DNA from: Gammaproteobacteria bacterium
GTDB lineage: Bacteria > Pseudomonadota > Gammaproteobacteria > Eutrophobiales > Eutrophobiaceae
Direction: 5' to 3'
Assembly (NCBI GenBank): GCA_965601665.1
Contig: OZ271833.1
Span: 562,205 to 626,204 of the forward strand
Length of the DNA stretch: 64,000 bases
A model generated the notes under the pieces. That model did no database searches and had not been told where the DNA came from. It worked only from the letters and a program-made list of their open reading frames with translations. This document shows positions 37,765-49,169 of the stretch, one piece after another; positions within the stretch are counted from its first letter, which is position 1; every line of letters begins with the position of its first letter. Made by a program: the position numbers and the translations under genes.

Positions 37765-39795
37765 TTATTCAGCTTTGCTGACCTCGACCATTGCATCGAA
37801 GGCAGATTGCCCCGCGCTAAATGCAAACAGGTCGACAGCAGCATCGGGAATGCAAGGTGCCCCACTGGTTAACCGGTTGATGCCTTGCCATCCATCCCGC
37901 ATCCAGACTATACCTTTTGCTATATCGTCAGTAACAAGCGCCCGGGCTTGCATATCTCCCCGTTGATTATATATTCGAACCCGGTCTTTATTATTTATAC
38001 CACGTGTTGCTGCATCCTCTGTGGAAAGCCACAGTTCGGGTTCCTTGTTATGTTTGCTTAGTCCAGGCAAGGCCTGACCATGATCATAGAATGCATGAAA
38101 GTGTTTGAGTGTGCGTCCTTGCCTGAATGCAAGCGGATATGAATCAACATCGGTGTTCTCATAGGACGGAAGGGGTGACAGGCCAACATCCAGCGCCTGT
38201 TGGGAATAAAATTCGACCTTTCCAGAAGGCGTTGGATAATTGTGTTTTGTGTAAGCCTGGTGTTTGATATTTAACGGGCGTATGCCTCCTGCTTCCCTGA
38301 GTTTGGCAACGGTTGCATGGTGGGTCGAAGGGTGACAGATGACGGCATCAATAAACCCTTCGTCATTATCCCATGGAAAAAAATCCTCGACTTCGAAATG
38401 CTGAGCCAGTTGTTGCAAGAGCTGACTTAGCGTACGGGTCTCAGCGGGAGCGGGTAGCGCCTGCTCCATGAAATAGAGATGCGTGTTTGTCATTTTGCAT
38501 CCAATTTGCTCCAGCCATGCTGTAGCCGGTAGTACAATATCTGCATACTTGCGTGTGGTGTCGTTATCAAACAGATCATGACAAATAACCAGGTCCATCT
38601 CTTCCAACGCATTCTCGATTTCAACACTGTTGGCAAAGGAAGACAGCATATTGGTACCTGACAACAACAGTGCCTTGACCTTTTCATTAAGCATTGCTTC
38701 TGTCATCGCCGACATCTGGTTGGGCACAATATTTTTACAGCGATTGCCTGAATCCGGTGTAATAGCATTTAAGCCTTGTCCTGAACTACTCGCACCATGT
38801 CTCGGTCCGAGTCCGGCGCCCGGTACACCGAGTTTCCCTGATAATGCCGGCAGACATGCAATAGCCCTGGCTGCTTGCCAGCCATGTCGCTGTTTATGCA
38901 TGGAGCTACCACCAACAAGTATCATGGCTTGCTTCGTTGCCGCGTAGTCTCTGCTCAGTTGTTTTATCGTGTTACTGTCTATGCCCGTCATTGTTGCGGC
39001 CCATTCAGGTGTATATTGCTGGATATGTTCGACGAGTGCCTCAAAGCCAAGGGTATGCCTGTCGATAAACGTCTGGTCAACTAATTGTTCTGTTACCAAT
39101 ACGTGCATCATCGCTAGCGCCAGGGCTGCATCGCTGCCCGCCTTAATCGGATAATAATCATCCGCTAGCGCTGCCGCCTCGCTACGACGAATATCAATCG
39201 TAATGATGCGAGCGCCACGCTTTCTTGCCTTTGTTAAATGCGGGGCCGTGTTAGGTTGGCTGGCGATATTGGCGCCCCAGAGAATAATCAGATTGGCATT
39301 AGCTGACATGTCTTCTTTTGTATGCACATCCAGTACGCCGGTTAGCCCAAAACCAAAACCGGGTAATCCCCAGCAAATCATTGCCGGGTGCCACCACTGG
39401 CAACCGTACAGGTGTGCAAATCGCCTCGATAACAGGCCGCCGAGTCGCGTGCCGTAATTTGTCGCTGCATCACCATGGCCAAGCCAGATACCGAATTCTT
39501 CCGGTTTGATCTTGCTTAATCGGGAAGTGATTTCAGTCAATGCATCCTGCCAGCTGACGGTTTCCCAGTTCGAATCGCGTTGACGTCTGATTTTTGGGTA
39601 AAGAATTCGCCGGGGGTTATTAATAATTTGATGTGCTGCCTGTCCACGCAGGCACAGGAAACCCTGGCTGTCAGGATTTTCGTCATCGCCAGTGATTGAC
39701 TCAAGTTGATTCCCTGTAACCGTCACCTTCATACCACACAGTGTTGGATGGCAGTTCATCGGACACATGGTACGAACTGTGTGGCTTTCAGACAT
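37765..39795 (-). CDS. standalone molybdopterin (bis-MGD) oxidoreductase, NasA/FdhA-like, with an N-terminal 4Fe-4S domain
   Basis: Near the N-terminus is CPMNCHPTLCGMKV…FLCLRG (CxxCxxxC…C). It has the molybdopterin oxidoreductase and C-terminal molybdopterin-dinucleotide-binding domains. There is no signal peptide and no adjacent FeS or cytochrome subunit. The start may instead be the upstream ATG/TTG at 39864/39867, which would overlap egtD by about 45 nt. Confidence 0.75.
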   Translation of the reverse strand: MSESHTVRTMCPMNCHPTLCGMKVTVTGNQLESITGDDENPDSQGFLCLRGQAAHQIINNPRRILYPKIRRQRDSNWETVSWQDALTEITSRLSKIKPEEFGIWLGHGDAATNYGTRLGGLLSRRFAHLYGCQWWHPAMICWGLPGFGFGLTGVLDVHTKEDMSANANLIILWGANIASQPNTAPHLTKARKRGARIITIDIRRSEAAALADDYYPIKAGSDAALALAMMHVLVTEQLVDQTFIDRHTLGFEALVEHIQQYTPEWAATMTGIDSNTIKQLSRDYAATKQAMILVGGSSMHKQRHGWQAARAIACLPALSGKLGVPGAGLGPRHGASSSGQGLNAITPDSGNRCKNIVPNQMSAMTEAMLNEKVKALLLSGTNMLSSFANSVEIENALEEMDLVICHDLFDNDTTRKYADIVLPATAWLEQIGCKMTNTHLYFMEQALPAPAETRTLSQLLQQLAQHFEVEDFFPWDNDEGFIDAVICHPSTHHATVAKLREAGGIRPLNIKHQAYTKHNYPTPSGKVEFYSQQALDVGLSPLPSYENTDVDSYPLAFRQGRTLKHFHAFYDHGQALPGLSKHNKEPELWLSTEDAATRGINNKDRVRIYNQRGDMQARALVTDDIAKGIVWMRDGWQGINRLTSGAPCIPDAAVDLFAFSAGQSAFDAMVEVSKAE

Positions 39796-39820
39796 TCTGA
39801 TTAGCTGGTCGACATGCTGG

Positions 39821-40807
39821 TCAGGGAACAACCCAAAGTGAATCCACGAAGCGTTCTTCGTCATCAACGAAGTGCCGTACTACCTCAAATCCTGCATCTT
39901 CAGCCATTTGTTCGATGTCTTCTTCGAGATATTTGAATGAATATTCCAGGTGGATAGGTTCAGCCTTATCAAAGTCAAAGTACTGATCCAGTGCTTCAAT
40001 AAAAACACGTTGTCGTTTCCTGGAAATAAGAAAGCTCTCCATTGCGCCCAGTCTCGGATTATAGGCGCCGTAATGTTCAAACTGTTCAAGATCGAACTGC
40101 CCGCCAAGCTCACGATTTATCCGTGCCAACAGGTTTAGATTGAATAAACGGGTATAGCCAGCACTGTCGTTGTAGGCCCGGTTTAAAGTTGAAATGTCTT
40201 TTTTCAAGTCAAAACCAATTAGGGCATGGTCGCCAGGTTTCAGTATGCCATGCAGTTTTGCCAGGAATCGTTGGCTTTGTAATGGATTGAAGTTGCCAAT
40301 GTTAGAGCCAAGAAACAGCACCAGCTGTGTATTGCCAGAGTGCTGTCGCACATGGCTCAAGCCGGCAAAGTAGTCGGCGATCACACCATGAATCGTTAGT
40401 AGTTCATGTTGGCCAAGCGTTTCTGCAAGTTGGTCCATGGCCTTTGCAGAAATATCGATCGGGTAGAGGTTTATCCTGGAATTGCGTGTCAGGAAACCGT
40501 CAAGGAGCAGTTCAGTCTTGTGTCCATCGCCGACGCCAAGTTCGATAATATCAATGACATCGGCATTGATGCTGGCAGCCAGATCGCTGCTTATGGTTTC
40601 AAGGATACTGTACTCGGCACGGGTCAGATAGTAATCCTCGTGTGCGGTAATTTTCTGAAACAGGATACTGCCCTTGTCGTCGTAGAAGTATTGTGCGGGT
40701 ATTTGCCTCGGCCTTGCCTGTAGTCCTTGTAGTACATCCCGGGCAAACTGGCTCTCGGTGATTGACTGGTTAGCATCCTGTTGTGCGATCAGGTTTTCAA
40801 TTTTCAT
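39821..40807 (-). CDS. egtD: L-histidine N-alpha-methyltransferase EgtD (ergothioneine biosynthesis)
   Basis: It shows the EgtD family signature …IPAQYFYDDKGSILFQKITAHEDYYLTRAEYSILE…, the SAM motif IIELGVGDGHKT, and the C-terminal DUF2260/EgtD fold. Confidence 0.85.
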   Translation of the reverse strand: MKIENLIAQQDANQSITESQFARDVLQGLQARPRQIPAQYFYDDKGSILFQKITAHEDYYLTRAEYSILETISSDLAASINADVIDIIELGVGDGHKTELLLDGFLTRNSRINLYPIDISAKAMDQLAETLGQHELLTIHGVIADYFAGLSHVRQHSGNTQLVLFLGSNIGNFNPLQSQRFLAKLHGILKPGDHALIGFDLKKDISTLNRAYNDSAGYTRLFNLNLLARINRELGGQFDLEQFEHYGAYNPRLGAMESFLISRKRQRVFIEALDQYFDFDKAEPIHLEYSFKYLEEDIEQMAEDAGFEVVRHFVDDEERFVDSLWVVP

Positions 40808-42057
40808 TTGCTGTCCCTTGCCAGGCGGATGCCGGAAAACATCCAGCGCTGATGTGGTTCATAAAAGTTTCGGTAGCTATGGCGCAAGTGCCCCTCGGGT
40901 GTCGCTATACAACCCCCGCGCAATACAAACTGGTTACACATGAATTTACCGTTGTACTCATGCAGGGGTCCTGCAAAGGTCTTGAATCCGGGGTAAGGGG
41001 AATAATGACTTGCTGTCCAGCACCATAATTGATTCCCTGCATTGCCATTATAGGGTTGTAATGCCAGCGGCCTGGATTGTTCTGTTGCAATCTTGCCTAG
41101 TTGCAATGCCACCTCGTATTCCTGTTCGGTTGGTAATCGAGCGTGCGCCCAGGCAGCAAAGGCACTGGCTTCAAAATAGCTCATGTGACAAACGGGCGCA
41201 TTCATATCCAATGGCCGCAAGCCATGTAATGTAAATTCATACCAGCTGCCATCTTTCTGGAACCAGTAGAGCGGGGACGTAATACCGTGCTCCCTGATAA
41301 AGTCGTAACCCTTGCTTAACCAGTAAGCGGGTTTGTCGTAACCACTGTTTTCCATGAACGCAAGGTATTCAGCGTTACTAACAAGTCCCTGCCTGATATG
41401 ACAATCGTGCAGGTAGATCTTATGCCGGGGTTGTTCATTATCGTAGGCAAAGCTATTGCCTTCACTGTGCCCAATCTCATAGAGGCCCTCGGTAAGCGGC
41501 ACCCAGTCCTGATTCGGGGCAGGACTGGCGGGAAGGGGTTGGCTGGCATAACAGGGCGCAATCGGATTGATACCTAATATGTATTTAATGTCCATGTACA
41601 GGAGTTCCTGGTGCTGCTGCTCGTGATGCAGGCCTAATTCAATCAATTTCAGGGCCTCGTTATCCAGGTTGCCTGATTGCAACAGTGCCAACACAGCAGC
41701 ATCAACCTGACTCCTGTAAGCAAGCACCTCATCAACAGTAGGGCGGGATAGTTGGCCTCGTTCAGCCTGTATCCAGTGTTTGCCTGCCCCCTTGTAGTAT
41801 GAGTTGAACAACTCGGTATAGCCCGCATTCATGCGCTGGTAGCCCTCTACCTGGTTCGCAAGAAGCATTTCCTCGAAAAACCAGGTCGTATGACCAAGAT
41901 GCCATTTTGGCGGGCTTACCTCGGGACAGGGCTGAATCGTATAGTCTTCGATTGCCAATGGCTGGCAGATTGCAACTGAATGATCGCGCACTTGTTGAAA
42001 GCGCGATGATAGTCGTCGGGAAATAACAGGTTCCGCAGTTGGAGATGGTTTAACCAT
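40804..42057 (-). CDS. egtB: ergothioneine biosynthesis sulfoxide synthase EgtB (DinB_2 + FGE-sulfatase domains)
   Basis: The N-terminal DinB_2 domain has an iron-binding His motif (WHLGHTTWFFEE). The C-terminus is an FGE-sulfatase/C-type-lectin-like domain. It overlaps egtD by an ATGA. Confidence 0.85.
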   Translation of the reverse strand: MVKPSPTAEPVISRRLSSRFQQVRDHSVAICQPLAIEDYTIQPCPEVSPPKWHLGHTTWFFEEMLLANQVEGYQRMNAGYTELFNSYYKGAGKHWIQAERGQLSRPTVDEVLAYRSQVDAAVLALLQSGNLDNEALKLIELGLHHEQQHQELLYMDIKYILGINPIAPCYASQPLPASPAPNQDWVPLTEGLYEIGHSEGNSFAYDNEQPRHKIYLHDCHIRQGLVSNAEYLAFMENSGYDKPAYWLSKGYDFIREHGITSPLYWFQKDGSWYEFTLHGLRPLDMNAPVCHMSYFEASAFAAWAHARLPTEQEYEVALQLGKIATEQSRPLALQPYNGNAGNQLWCWTASHYSPYPGFKTFAGPLHEYNGKFMCNQFVLRGGCIATPEGHLRHSYRNFYEPHQRWMFSGIRLARDSK

Positions 42058-42223
42058 AATCGTAATGAGTGTACTGGATGTAATTAATGATATTATTACA
42101 TTTCAGCCCGTTATGACTGATAGTACGTAGTTAACCGCATAAAGTTAATTCAGCGTACTGCTAATTGCTAAATAATTGATCCTGTTCTGGAACATAGCCG
42201 TGACACATAGTCTAAATGTTATG

Positions 42224-42490
42224 CAACATCGATTGCTTACAGTTATATCTTCGCTTGCGATAGCGTCCATCCTGCTTATTCCCTCTGTGGCGTCAGCCGA
42301 AGACAGACAAGCTCCGCAGGAAAAGACCATTGATGGCAAGCTACTGCTGCCCGACAACTACGATACCGGAAAAGAGAAAAAATGCCTTACGGTGTGTGAA
42401 GAATGGGGGGAAGACTGTATACTTAACCCCGCAACAGGTAGCCGTAAATGTCGCCGCGTCTGCAAGTCGTTTGCAGAAGAATGCTTCTAG
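42224..42490 (+). CDS. small secreted cysteine-rich protein (6 Cys in about 60 mature residues)
   Basis: It has a signal peptide (MQHRLLTVISSLAIASILLIPSVASA), then CLTVCEEWGEDC…CRRVCKSFAEEC. The start was chosen at the internal Met. Confidence 0.4.
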   Translation, partial: QHRLLTVISSLAIASILLIPSVASAEDRQAPQEKTIDGKLLLPDNYDTGKEKKCLTVCEEWGEDCILNPATGSRKCRRVCKSFAEECF

Positions 42491-42610
42491 CATTACCGTG
42501 ACGGGCCAGTGTTGTGACACCCCGATAATACCCGTTTATTCAATCCTGGTATGACTTCCGGTACAGTTTGTGCTTGGTTTTTTTGTGGTTGGGGTATTTA
42601 TGTCGTCATG

Positions 42611-42695
<85 letters not shown>

Positions 42696-42771
42696 CCTAT
42701 ATGCCGGATTATTGTCAGAGCTTTTAAGCTATTGAATTTATTATAATTATACCTGAGAGGTTAAGAAAGGG

Positions 42772-44088
42772 ATGCAAGTATCCGTTGAAAATACAGGCTC
42801 ACTCGAGCGCAAGGTGCGCGTTGCCGTACCTGAGGAAAAGATTTCGTCCGAGGTTGATACCCGGTTACAGCGCTTAAGCAAGACGACGAAAGTTCAGGGG
42901 TTTCGTCCCGGTAAGGCGCCAATGAAAGTAATCCAGGGTCGTTATGGCGTACAGGTCAGACAGGAAGTCATTGGCGAAATGTTGCAGTCCAGTCTATATG
43001 AAGCCCTGAACCAGGAAAACCTGAAGCCTGCCGGTCCGCCAAGGATTGAAGAAATTAACGATGAAAGTGGTCAGGATCTTGCGTTTACCGCGGTAATCGA
43101 AATATATCCGGAATTTGAGTTAAAGCCCGTTGCAGAACTTGAAGTTGAGCGACCTGCCTGCGCCATTGCAGACGACGAAGTCACTGAAATGATTGAAAAA
43201 TTACGCAAGCAACAGCGTACTACTGCGGAAGTTGAACGCGCTGCGCAAGACGGTGATATTGTCGATATCGATTTTGAGGGTTTTCTTGACGGCGAAGCAT
43301 TCGAGGGTGGTAAGGCCGAAAATTACAAGCTTGAACTGGGTTCCAACAGTTTTATTGAAGGGTTTGAAGCTGGTCTGGTAGGCAGGTCTGCAGGTGATGA
43401 AGACATGCTTCAACTCACGTTTCCTGAAGACTATGGCAAGGAAGAACTGAAGGGTAAGGACGTGGAATTCAAGGTGAAAGTGAATTCAGTCAGTGAACCG
43501 GTGTTGCCTGATCTGGATGCAAAATTCATGGAAATGTTTGGTGTCAAGGACGGTGACGAGTCTGCTTTCAGGGCTGAAATCAAGCGCAACATGGAGCGGG
43601 AAGCCACGATGGCGCTACGCCAACAGGTCAAAAGTATCGTCCTGGATGCACTCAATGCGGCCAATGATATCGAACTGCCACAGGGTATGGTGGAAAGTGA
43701 AAGCCAGCGTATACGTGATGAGCTTGCCGAAAATATGAAGCGCCAGGGAATTGATCCACAGCCTGTTGGTAAGGCTGAGGAAAGCTTGTTTGCCGAGCAG
43801 GCAATGAAAAGAGTATCCCTGCAACTGATTGTGGCCGAGATTATCAAGCAGAATGATATCAAGGCAGAGGCCCCCCAGGTCCGTGCCATGGTCGAGGACA
43901 TGGCCGCCGGGTATGAAGATCCGAATGCTGTGATCAATTACTATTATTCTGACCAGAAAAACCTGCAACAGGTAGAAGCACTGGTGTTGGAAGAAGAAGT
44001 GATCAACTGGGTTTTGGCCAATGCAAAGGTAACAGAAAAGCCAAGTTCGTTTGACGAAATTATGAATAAAGGGCAGACTGCCTATTAA
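42772..44088 (+). CDS. tig: trigger factor
   Basis: It has the canonical N-terminus MQVSVENTGSLERKVRVAVPEEKI…FRPGKAP and an FKBP-type PPIase middle domain. Confidence 0.95.
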   Translation: MQVSVENTGSLERKVRVAVPEEKISSEVDTRLQRLSKTTKVQGFRPGKAPMKVIQGRYGVQVRQEVIGEMLQSSLYEALNQENLKPAGPPRIEEINDESGQDLAFTAVIEIYPEFELKPVAELEVERPACAIADDEVTEMIEKLRKQQRTTAEVERAAQDGDIVDIDFEGFLDGEAFEGGKAENYKLELGSNSFIEGFEAGLVGRSAGDEDMLQLTFPEDYGKEELKGKDVEFKVKVNSVSEPVLPDLDAKFMEMFGVKDGDESAFRAEIKRNMEREATMALRQQVKSIVLDALNAANDIELPQGMVESESQRIRDELAENMKRQGIDPQPVGKAEESLFAEQAMKRVSLQLIVAEIIKQNDIKAEAPQVRAMVEDMAAGYEDPNAVINYYYSDQKNLQQVEALVLEEEVINWVLANAKVTEKPSSFDEIMNKGQTAY

Positions 44089-44122
44089 AGTTGTACATGT
44101 AGATGACCGCTAAGTTGAGACT

Positions 44123-44779
44123 ATGAATGATAATGAAATCAAGGCACTAAACCTGGTGCCAATGGTCGTCGAGCAGACGTCGCGTGGTGAACGAGCCTAT
44201 GACATCTACTCCCGACTATTGAAAGAACGCGTCATCTTTTTGGTTGGTCCGGTTGAAGACCAGGTAGCCAATTTGATCGTAGCCCAGTTGCTCTATCTGG
44301 AATCAGAAAATCCCGATAAAGACATCCACTTCTATATCAATTCCCCTGGCGGTTCAGTGACAGCCGGTCTGGGTATTTACGATACGATGCAATTCATCAA
44401 GCCGAATGTCAGCACAATGTGTGTTGGACAAGCAGCGAGTATGGGCGCGTTATTGCTGGCTGGCGGTGAATCAGGGAAACGTTACTGTTTGCCGCATTCA
44501 CGCGTGATGATTCATCAACCACTTGGGGGATTCCAGGGACAAGCGACTGACATTGATATACACGCGCGTGAAATTTTGTACGCACGTGAGCGTTTAAACC
44601 ATATACTGGCCAATCATACTGGTCAGCCACTGGAGACAATACAGAGTGATACCGAGCGTGATAATTTCATGAGCGCTGAGAAAGCTCAGGAATACGGGAT
44701 CATTGATAATGTACTTTCAGCACGACCAAGCCTTGGTGAAGAGGCCGGAGCGATGAAGGAAGAGGCGACAACTGAATAA
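44123..44779 (+). CDS. clpP: ATP-dependent Clp protease proteolytic subunit
   Basis: It is colinear with E. coli ClpP ([30 protein letters not shown]…[14 protein letters not shown]…). Confidence 0.95.
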   Translation: MNDNEIKALNLVPMVVEQTSRGERAYDIYSRLLKERVIFLVGPVEDQVANLIVAQLLYLESENPDKDIHFYINSPGGSVTAGLGIYDTMQFIKPNVSTMCVGQAASMGALLLAGGESGKRYCLPHSRVMIHQPLGGFQGQATDIDIHAREILYARERLNHILANHTGQPLETIQSDTERDNFMSAEKAQEYGIIDNVLSARPSLGEEAGAMKEEATTE

Positions 44780-44812
44780 AGAGACGAAATTCGGAGACGT
44801 TCGGAGCAATTT

Positions 44813-46090
44813 ATGACTGACCGCAAGAATAGTAAGAATGATGGTGATCGACTTTTATACTGCTCTTTCTGTGGCAAGAGTCAGCATGAAGTCAGGAAGC
44901 TGATCGCCGGTCCCTCTGTTTTTATCTGTGATGAATGCGTTGAGCTTTGTAATGACATTATCCGTGAGGAAATCCAGGAAAAATCAGTAACCGGTTCGGG
45001 TACCAGCCTGCCAACCCCGCATGAAATTAACAAGATCCTCGATGAATATGTCATAGGTCAGACGCGCGCCAAGAAAATACTTTCTGTAGCCGTATACAAT
45101 CATTACAAGCGCCTTGAGCAAGGCATGAAAAAGTCAGAGGTAGAACTGGCAAAAAGTAATGTATTGCTGATAGGGCCTACGGGAAGTGGTAAGACACTTT
45201 TGGCCGAAACCCTGGCCAGATTATTAAACGTACCTTTTACCATTGCCGATGCGACTACGCTTACCGAGGCTGGCTACGTGGGTGAGGATGTTGAAAATAT
45301 CATCCAGAAGCTTTTACAAAAATGTGACTACGATGTTGAGAAGGCACAGACCGGCATTGTCTACATCGACGAAATTGACAAGATTTCACGTAAGTCAGAC
45401 AACCCCTCTATTACCCGCGATGTCTCCGGCGAAGGTGTGCAGCAGGCGCTGCTAAAATTAATTGAAGGCACTGTTGCTTCGGTACCGCCACAGGGCGGTC
45501 GCAAGCATCCGCAGCAGGAATTCCTGCAGGTTAACACTGGTAATATCCTGTTTATCTGCGGTGGTGCCTTTGCCGGCCTGGACAAGATTATTCGCGAACG
45601 TTCTGAAAAAGGTGGCATAGGTTTCTCTGCCGAGGTGAAAAGCAAGGACGATCGCAAGAGCATTAGTGAGATCATTCACACGGTCGAGCCCGAGGATTTG
45701 ATTAAATATGGACTCATTCCAGAATTCGTAGGCCGATTACCGGTTGCTGCGACACTGGATGAGCTCGATGAAGACCAGTTGGTACAAATACTGCTGGAAC
45801 CAAAGAATGCGATTACCAAGCAGTATGCCCGTTTGTTTGATATGGAAGGCTGTGAACTCGAATTTCGTGAAGATGCGCTGCTGGCAGTAGCCAGAAAGTC
45901 TATGGAGCGAAAGACTGGCGCACGTGGTTTACGTTCGATAATGGAGAATGTGCTGCTTGATACCATGTATGACTTACCATCCATGGAAAATGTCACCAAG
46001 GTCGTTATCGATGAAGGCGTGATTAATGGTGAATCGGATCCGCTGATGATTTACGACGGATCAGACATTCCCAAGGCTGCATCCGATTAG
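44813..46090 (+). CDS. clpX: ATP-dependent Clp protease ATP-binding subunit ClpX
   Basis: It has the zinc-binding N-terminus [17 protein letters not shown]…CDEC and an AAA+ Walker A motif GPTGSGKT. Confidence 0.95.
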   Translation: MTDRKNSKNDGDRLLYCSFCGKSQHEVRKLIAGPSVFICDECVELCNDIIREEIQEKSVTGSGTSLPTPHEINKILDEYVIGQTRAKKILSVAVYNHYKRLEQGMKKSEVELAKSNVLLIGPTGSGKTLLAETLARLLNVPFTIADATTLTEAGYVGEDVENIIQKLLQKCDYDVEKAQTGIVYIDEIDKISRKSDNPSITRDVSGEGVQQALLKLIEGTVASVPPQGGRKHPQQEFLQVNTGNILFICGGAFAGLDKIIRERSEKGGIGFSAEVKSKDDRKSISEIIHTVEPEDLIKYGLIPEFVGRLPVAATLDELDEDQLVQILLEPKNAITKQYARLFDMEGCELEFREDALLAVARKSMERKTGARGLRSIMENVLLDTMYDLPSMENVTKVVIDEGVINGESDPLMIYDGSDIPKAASD

Positions 46091-46222
46091 CAAACTCATT
46101 GCGCAGCTGAGTACTTCGTTCAATGCTGCGCGTGTCCTGCTTGAAAAGCAGGCAATGATCTCCATATATATGATGGTGAACTACAAAAACCGCCATCCAA
46201 CACTTTTTGAATAAAGGTTCCT

Positions 46223-48631
46223 ATGACAGAAGAAACTGAAACTTTCCCCGTACTGCCGCTACGTGACGTGGTGGTATATCCACACATGGTCATTCCCCTT
46301 TTTGTAGGGCGAGAAAAATCTATCAAGGCCCTTGATAAGGCAATGGAGGGAAGTAAACAAATCCTGCTTGTTGCCCAGAAAAGTGCCGCCGAGGATGACC
46401 CCGGCCAGGACGAAACCTACGATATAGGTACGTTGGCCAATATCCTGCAATTATTAAAGCTGCCCGATGGCACCATCAAGGTCCTGGTAGAGGGAACTGC
46501 GCGCGCCAGTATTAGCAAGTATTCAGAAGATGATGGCATGTTTGTCGCAGATGTCGATATTTTAGAGCCTGAAGTACTAGATGAACAGGAAATGGATGTG
46601 CATGCCCGTTCAGCCATGAACCAGTTCGAACAATACGTGAAACTGAACAAAAAAGTGCCGCCCGAAATTATTTCATCATTGTCCAGCATTGATGATGCCA
46701 GTCGACTGGCAGATACGATAGCTGCACATATGTCGATCAAGATTGAGGAAAAACAGCAGGTTCTGGAAATCATCGATATTAAAGAACGTCTTGAACACCT
46801 TATTCATTTGATGGAATCAGAAATTGACCTGTTGCAGGTGGAAAAACGTATTCGCGGGCGCGTTAAATCGCAAATGGAAAAAAGTCAGCGCGAGTATTAT
46901 CTGAACGAACAAATGAAAGCCATCCAGAAAGAGCTGGGTGAAATGGAAGACGTGCCGAACGAACTCGAGGAACTGGAACAGAAAATCGAGAAAGCCGGCA
47001 TGCACAAGGAGGCGCGGGAAAAGGCGGAGGCTGAATTAAACAAGCTGCGCATGATGTCGCCAATGTCAGCTGAGGCAACCGTGGTCAGGAACTACATTGA
47101 CTGGCTGGTGCAAGTGCCGTGGAAAACACGTAGCAAGGTTTCGCAAGACATTCTCAAGGCAGAAGAAGTGCTGGAAGAAGATCACTATGGGTTGGAAAAG
47201 GTCAAGGAACGTATTCTTGAATATCTCGCTGTACAACAGCGTGTAAAGAAAATGAAAGGACCTATTCTGTGCCTGGTCGGCCCCCCGGGTGTTGGTAAGA
47301 CATCGTTGGGTAAATCTATCGCGCGGGCGACCAATCGTAAGTTTGTTCGTATGTCACTTGGTGGTGTCAGGGATGAAGCAGAGATTCGTGGCCACCGTCG
47401 TACCTATATTGGCTCCATGCCAGGAAAAATAGTGCAAGGGATGTCCAAATCCGGCAAGAAAAACCCGCTATTCCTGCTTGATGAAATCGACAAGATGGCG
47501 ATGGATTTTCGTGGCGACCCGGCCTCCGCTTTGCTGGAGGTGCTGGACCCGGAACAAAACAACAGTTTTAACGATCATTATCTTGAGGTCGACTACGACC
47601 TGTCCGAGGTGATGTTCGTGACTACTGCGAATAGTCTCAATATTCCGGCGCCACTACTTGATCGAATGGAAGTGATTCGGCTTGCCGGTTACACCGAAGA
47701 TGAAAAGGTGAATATTGCCAAACGCTACCTGATTCCAAAACAGCTGGAACGCAATGGTCTGAAGCAGGATGAAATCACAATTCGTGACAGCGTGATACGC
47801 GACATTATCCGTTACTACACGCGAGAGGCTGGTGTCAGAAGCCTGGATCGTGAGATTGCCAATATCTGTCGTAAGGTAGTAAAACAGATTTTGTTAAAGC
47901 CTAATGACAAGTCAGTAACGATTACATCGAAGAAGCTGGAATCATTGCTCGGTGTTAAACGCTACCGCTATGGTAAGGCCGAGAACGAAAACCGAATTGG
48001 CCAGGTCACTGGGCTTGCCTGGACCGAGGTCGGTGGGGAGCTATTGACTGTCGAGGCGGCTATCGTACCGGGTAAAGGCAAGATTACCCGTACCGGTAAG
48101 CTTGGCGACGTCATGCAGGAATCGATTGAGGCAGCGATGACAGTGGTTCGCAGTCGTAGTGAAGTGCTGGGAATCGATGCTGATTTTTACAAGGAACATG
48201 ATTTCCATATTCACGTACCTGAGGGAGCGACCCCCAAGGATGGACCAAGCGCGGGTGTCGCGATGTGTACTGCGTTGGTTTCTTCCCTGACCAGTACGCC
48301 GGTTAAATCCAGCGTTGCGATGACCGGCGAAATTACATTACGTGGTGAAGTATTACCGATTGGTGGCTTAAAGGAAAAACTGCTCGCCGCACTCCGTGGC
48401 GGTATAGAAACAGTCTTGATTCCACACGAAAACAATAGGGAATTGGCCGAGATACCCAAGAATATTAAACAAAATCTTGATATCAGACCCGTACGCTGGA
48501 TAGACGAAGTGCTGGAAGTGGCACTTGAAGAGATGCCAAAACCCGGTGTAAAAAAGAAGGGAAAATCTGATATAGTGAAAAAAGATGACGCTCGAAGTGG
48601 TGGCAAAGGCAACGTTGTAAGGCCTCACTAA
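46223..48631 (+). CDS. lon: Lon protease
   Basis: It has the Lon N-terminal domain, an AAA+ Walker A (GPPGVGKTS) and the Ser-Lys dyad protease domain (…[11 protein letters not shown]…). Confidence 0.95.
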   Translation: MTEETETFPVLPLRDVVVYPHMVIPLFVGREKSIKALDKAMEGSKQILLVAQKSAAEDDPGQDETYDIGTLANILQLLKLPDGTIKVLVEGTARASISKYSEDDGMFVADVDILEPEVLDEQEMDVHARSAMNQFEQYVKLNKKVPPEIISSLSSIDDASRLADTIAAHMSIKIEEKQQVLEIIDIKERLEHLIHLMESEIDLLQVEKRIRGRVKSQMEKSQREYYLNEQMKAIQKELGEMEDVPNELEELEQKIEKAGMHKEAREKAEAELNKLRMMSPMSAEATVVRNYIDWLVQVPWKTRSKVSQDILKAEEVLEEDHYGLEKVKERILEYLAVQQRVKKMKGPILCLVGPPGVGKTSLGKSIARATNRKFVRMSLGGVRDEAEIRGHRRTYIGSMPGKIVQGMSKSGKKNPLFLLDEIDKMAMDFRGDPASALLEVLDPEQNNSFNDHYLEVDYDLSEVMFVTTANSLNIPAPLLDRMEVIRLAGYTEDEKVNIAKRYLIPKQLERNGLKQDEITIRDSVIRDIIRYYTREAGVRSLDREIANICRKVVKQILLKPNDKSVTITSKKLESLLGVKRYRYGKAENENRIGQVTGLAWTEVGGELLTVEAAIVPGKGKITRTGKLGDVMQESIEAAMTVVRSRSEVLGIDADFYKEHDFHIHVPEGATPKDGPSAGVAMCTALVSSLTSTPVKSSVAMTGEITLRGEVLPIGGLKEKLLAALRGGIETVLIPHENNRELAEIPKNIKQNLDIRPVRWIDEVLEVALEEMPKPGVKKKGKSDIVKKDDARSGGKGNVVRPH

Positions 48632-48672
48632 ATTCAAGTTGTTCATTGGCGCACTTTTTCTGACAGCATTGC

Positions 48673-48701
48673 TTGACGCGCTTTTGAGCACTTGGTATAA
48701 A
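48673..48701 (+). promoter_or_regulatory. sigma70-type promoter for hupB
   Basis: The -35 TTGACG and the -10 TATAAA are separated by a 17-nt spacer. The element lies about 100 nt upstream of the hupB ATG. Confidence 0.5.
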
Positions 48702-48802
48702 TCCAGCGCTCTGAAAATCGGGTCACTCAATCAGAAACAATCCTCACTGGAACAGTCTTTTCTATTTCTTGGGGTTAAGAATTTACAAGGGGAATAAAGA
48801 TT

Positions 48803-49075
48803 ATGAATAAAGCTGAACTTATCGATGAAATTGCAGATTCTGCTGATCTTTCCAAAGCTGCTGCTGGCAGAGCTCTTGATTCTGCAATTGATACGATAAC
48901 AAAGGCTCTAAAGAAGGGAGACACGGTCACCCTGGTAGGCTTTGGAACCTTTTCTGTGCGCAAGCGTAATGCACGTACCGGCCGTAACCCGCGAACTGGC
49001 GAAGAAATCAAGATTAAAGCTTCGAAGGTTCCTGGTTTTAAGGCTGGTAAAGCTCTGAAGGATGCCATAAACTAG
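48803..49075 (+). CDS. hupB: DNA-binding protein HU-beta
   Basis: 90 aa, with [11 protein letters not shown]…[26 protein letters not shown]…. Confidence 0.9.
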   Translation: MNKAELIDEIADSADLSKAAAGRALDSAIDTITKALKKGDTVTLVGFGTFSVRKRNARTGRNPRTGEEIKIKASKVPGFKAGKALKDAIN

Positions 49076-49084
49076 CGCGCCTTC

Positions 49085-49160
49085 GGGTGCTTAGCTCAGT
49101 TGGTAGAGCGTCGCCCTTACAAGGCGAAAGTCGGGAGTTCGAGCCTCTCAGCACCCACCA
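49085..49160 (+). tRNA. tRNA-Val (anticodon UAC)
   Basis: It folds as a cloverleaf with acceptor gggtgct/agcaccc, anticodon loop cttacaa and T-loop ttcgagc. The CCA end is encoded. Confidence 0.9.
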
Positions 49161-49169
49161 GAACCCACC

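Noticed and set aside
43431-45999. Antisense ORFs (about 100–170 aa) within tig and clpX
   Set aside because: They overlap universally conserved housekeeping genes on the opposite strand, with no independent support.
48640-48800. Possible heat-shock or sRNA element between lon and hupB
   Set aside because: I see only a good sigma70 -35/-10 pair for hupB and a hairpin after lon. There is nothing beyond ordinary promoter and terminator signals.
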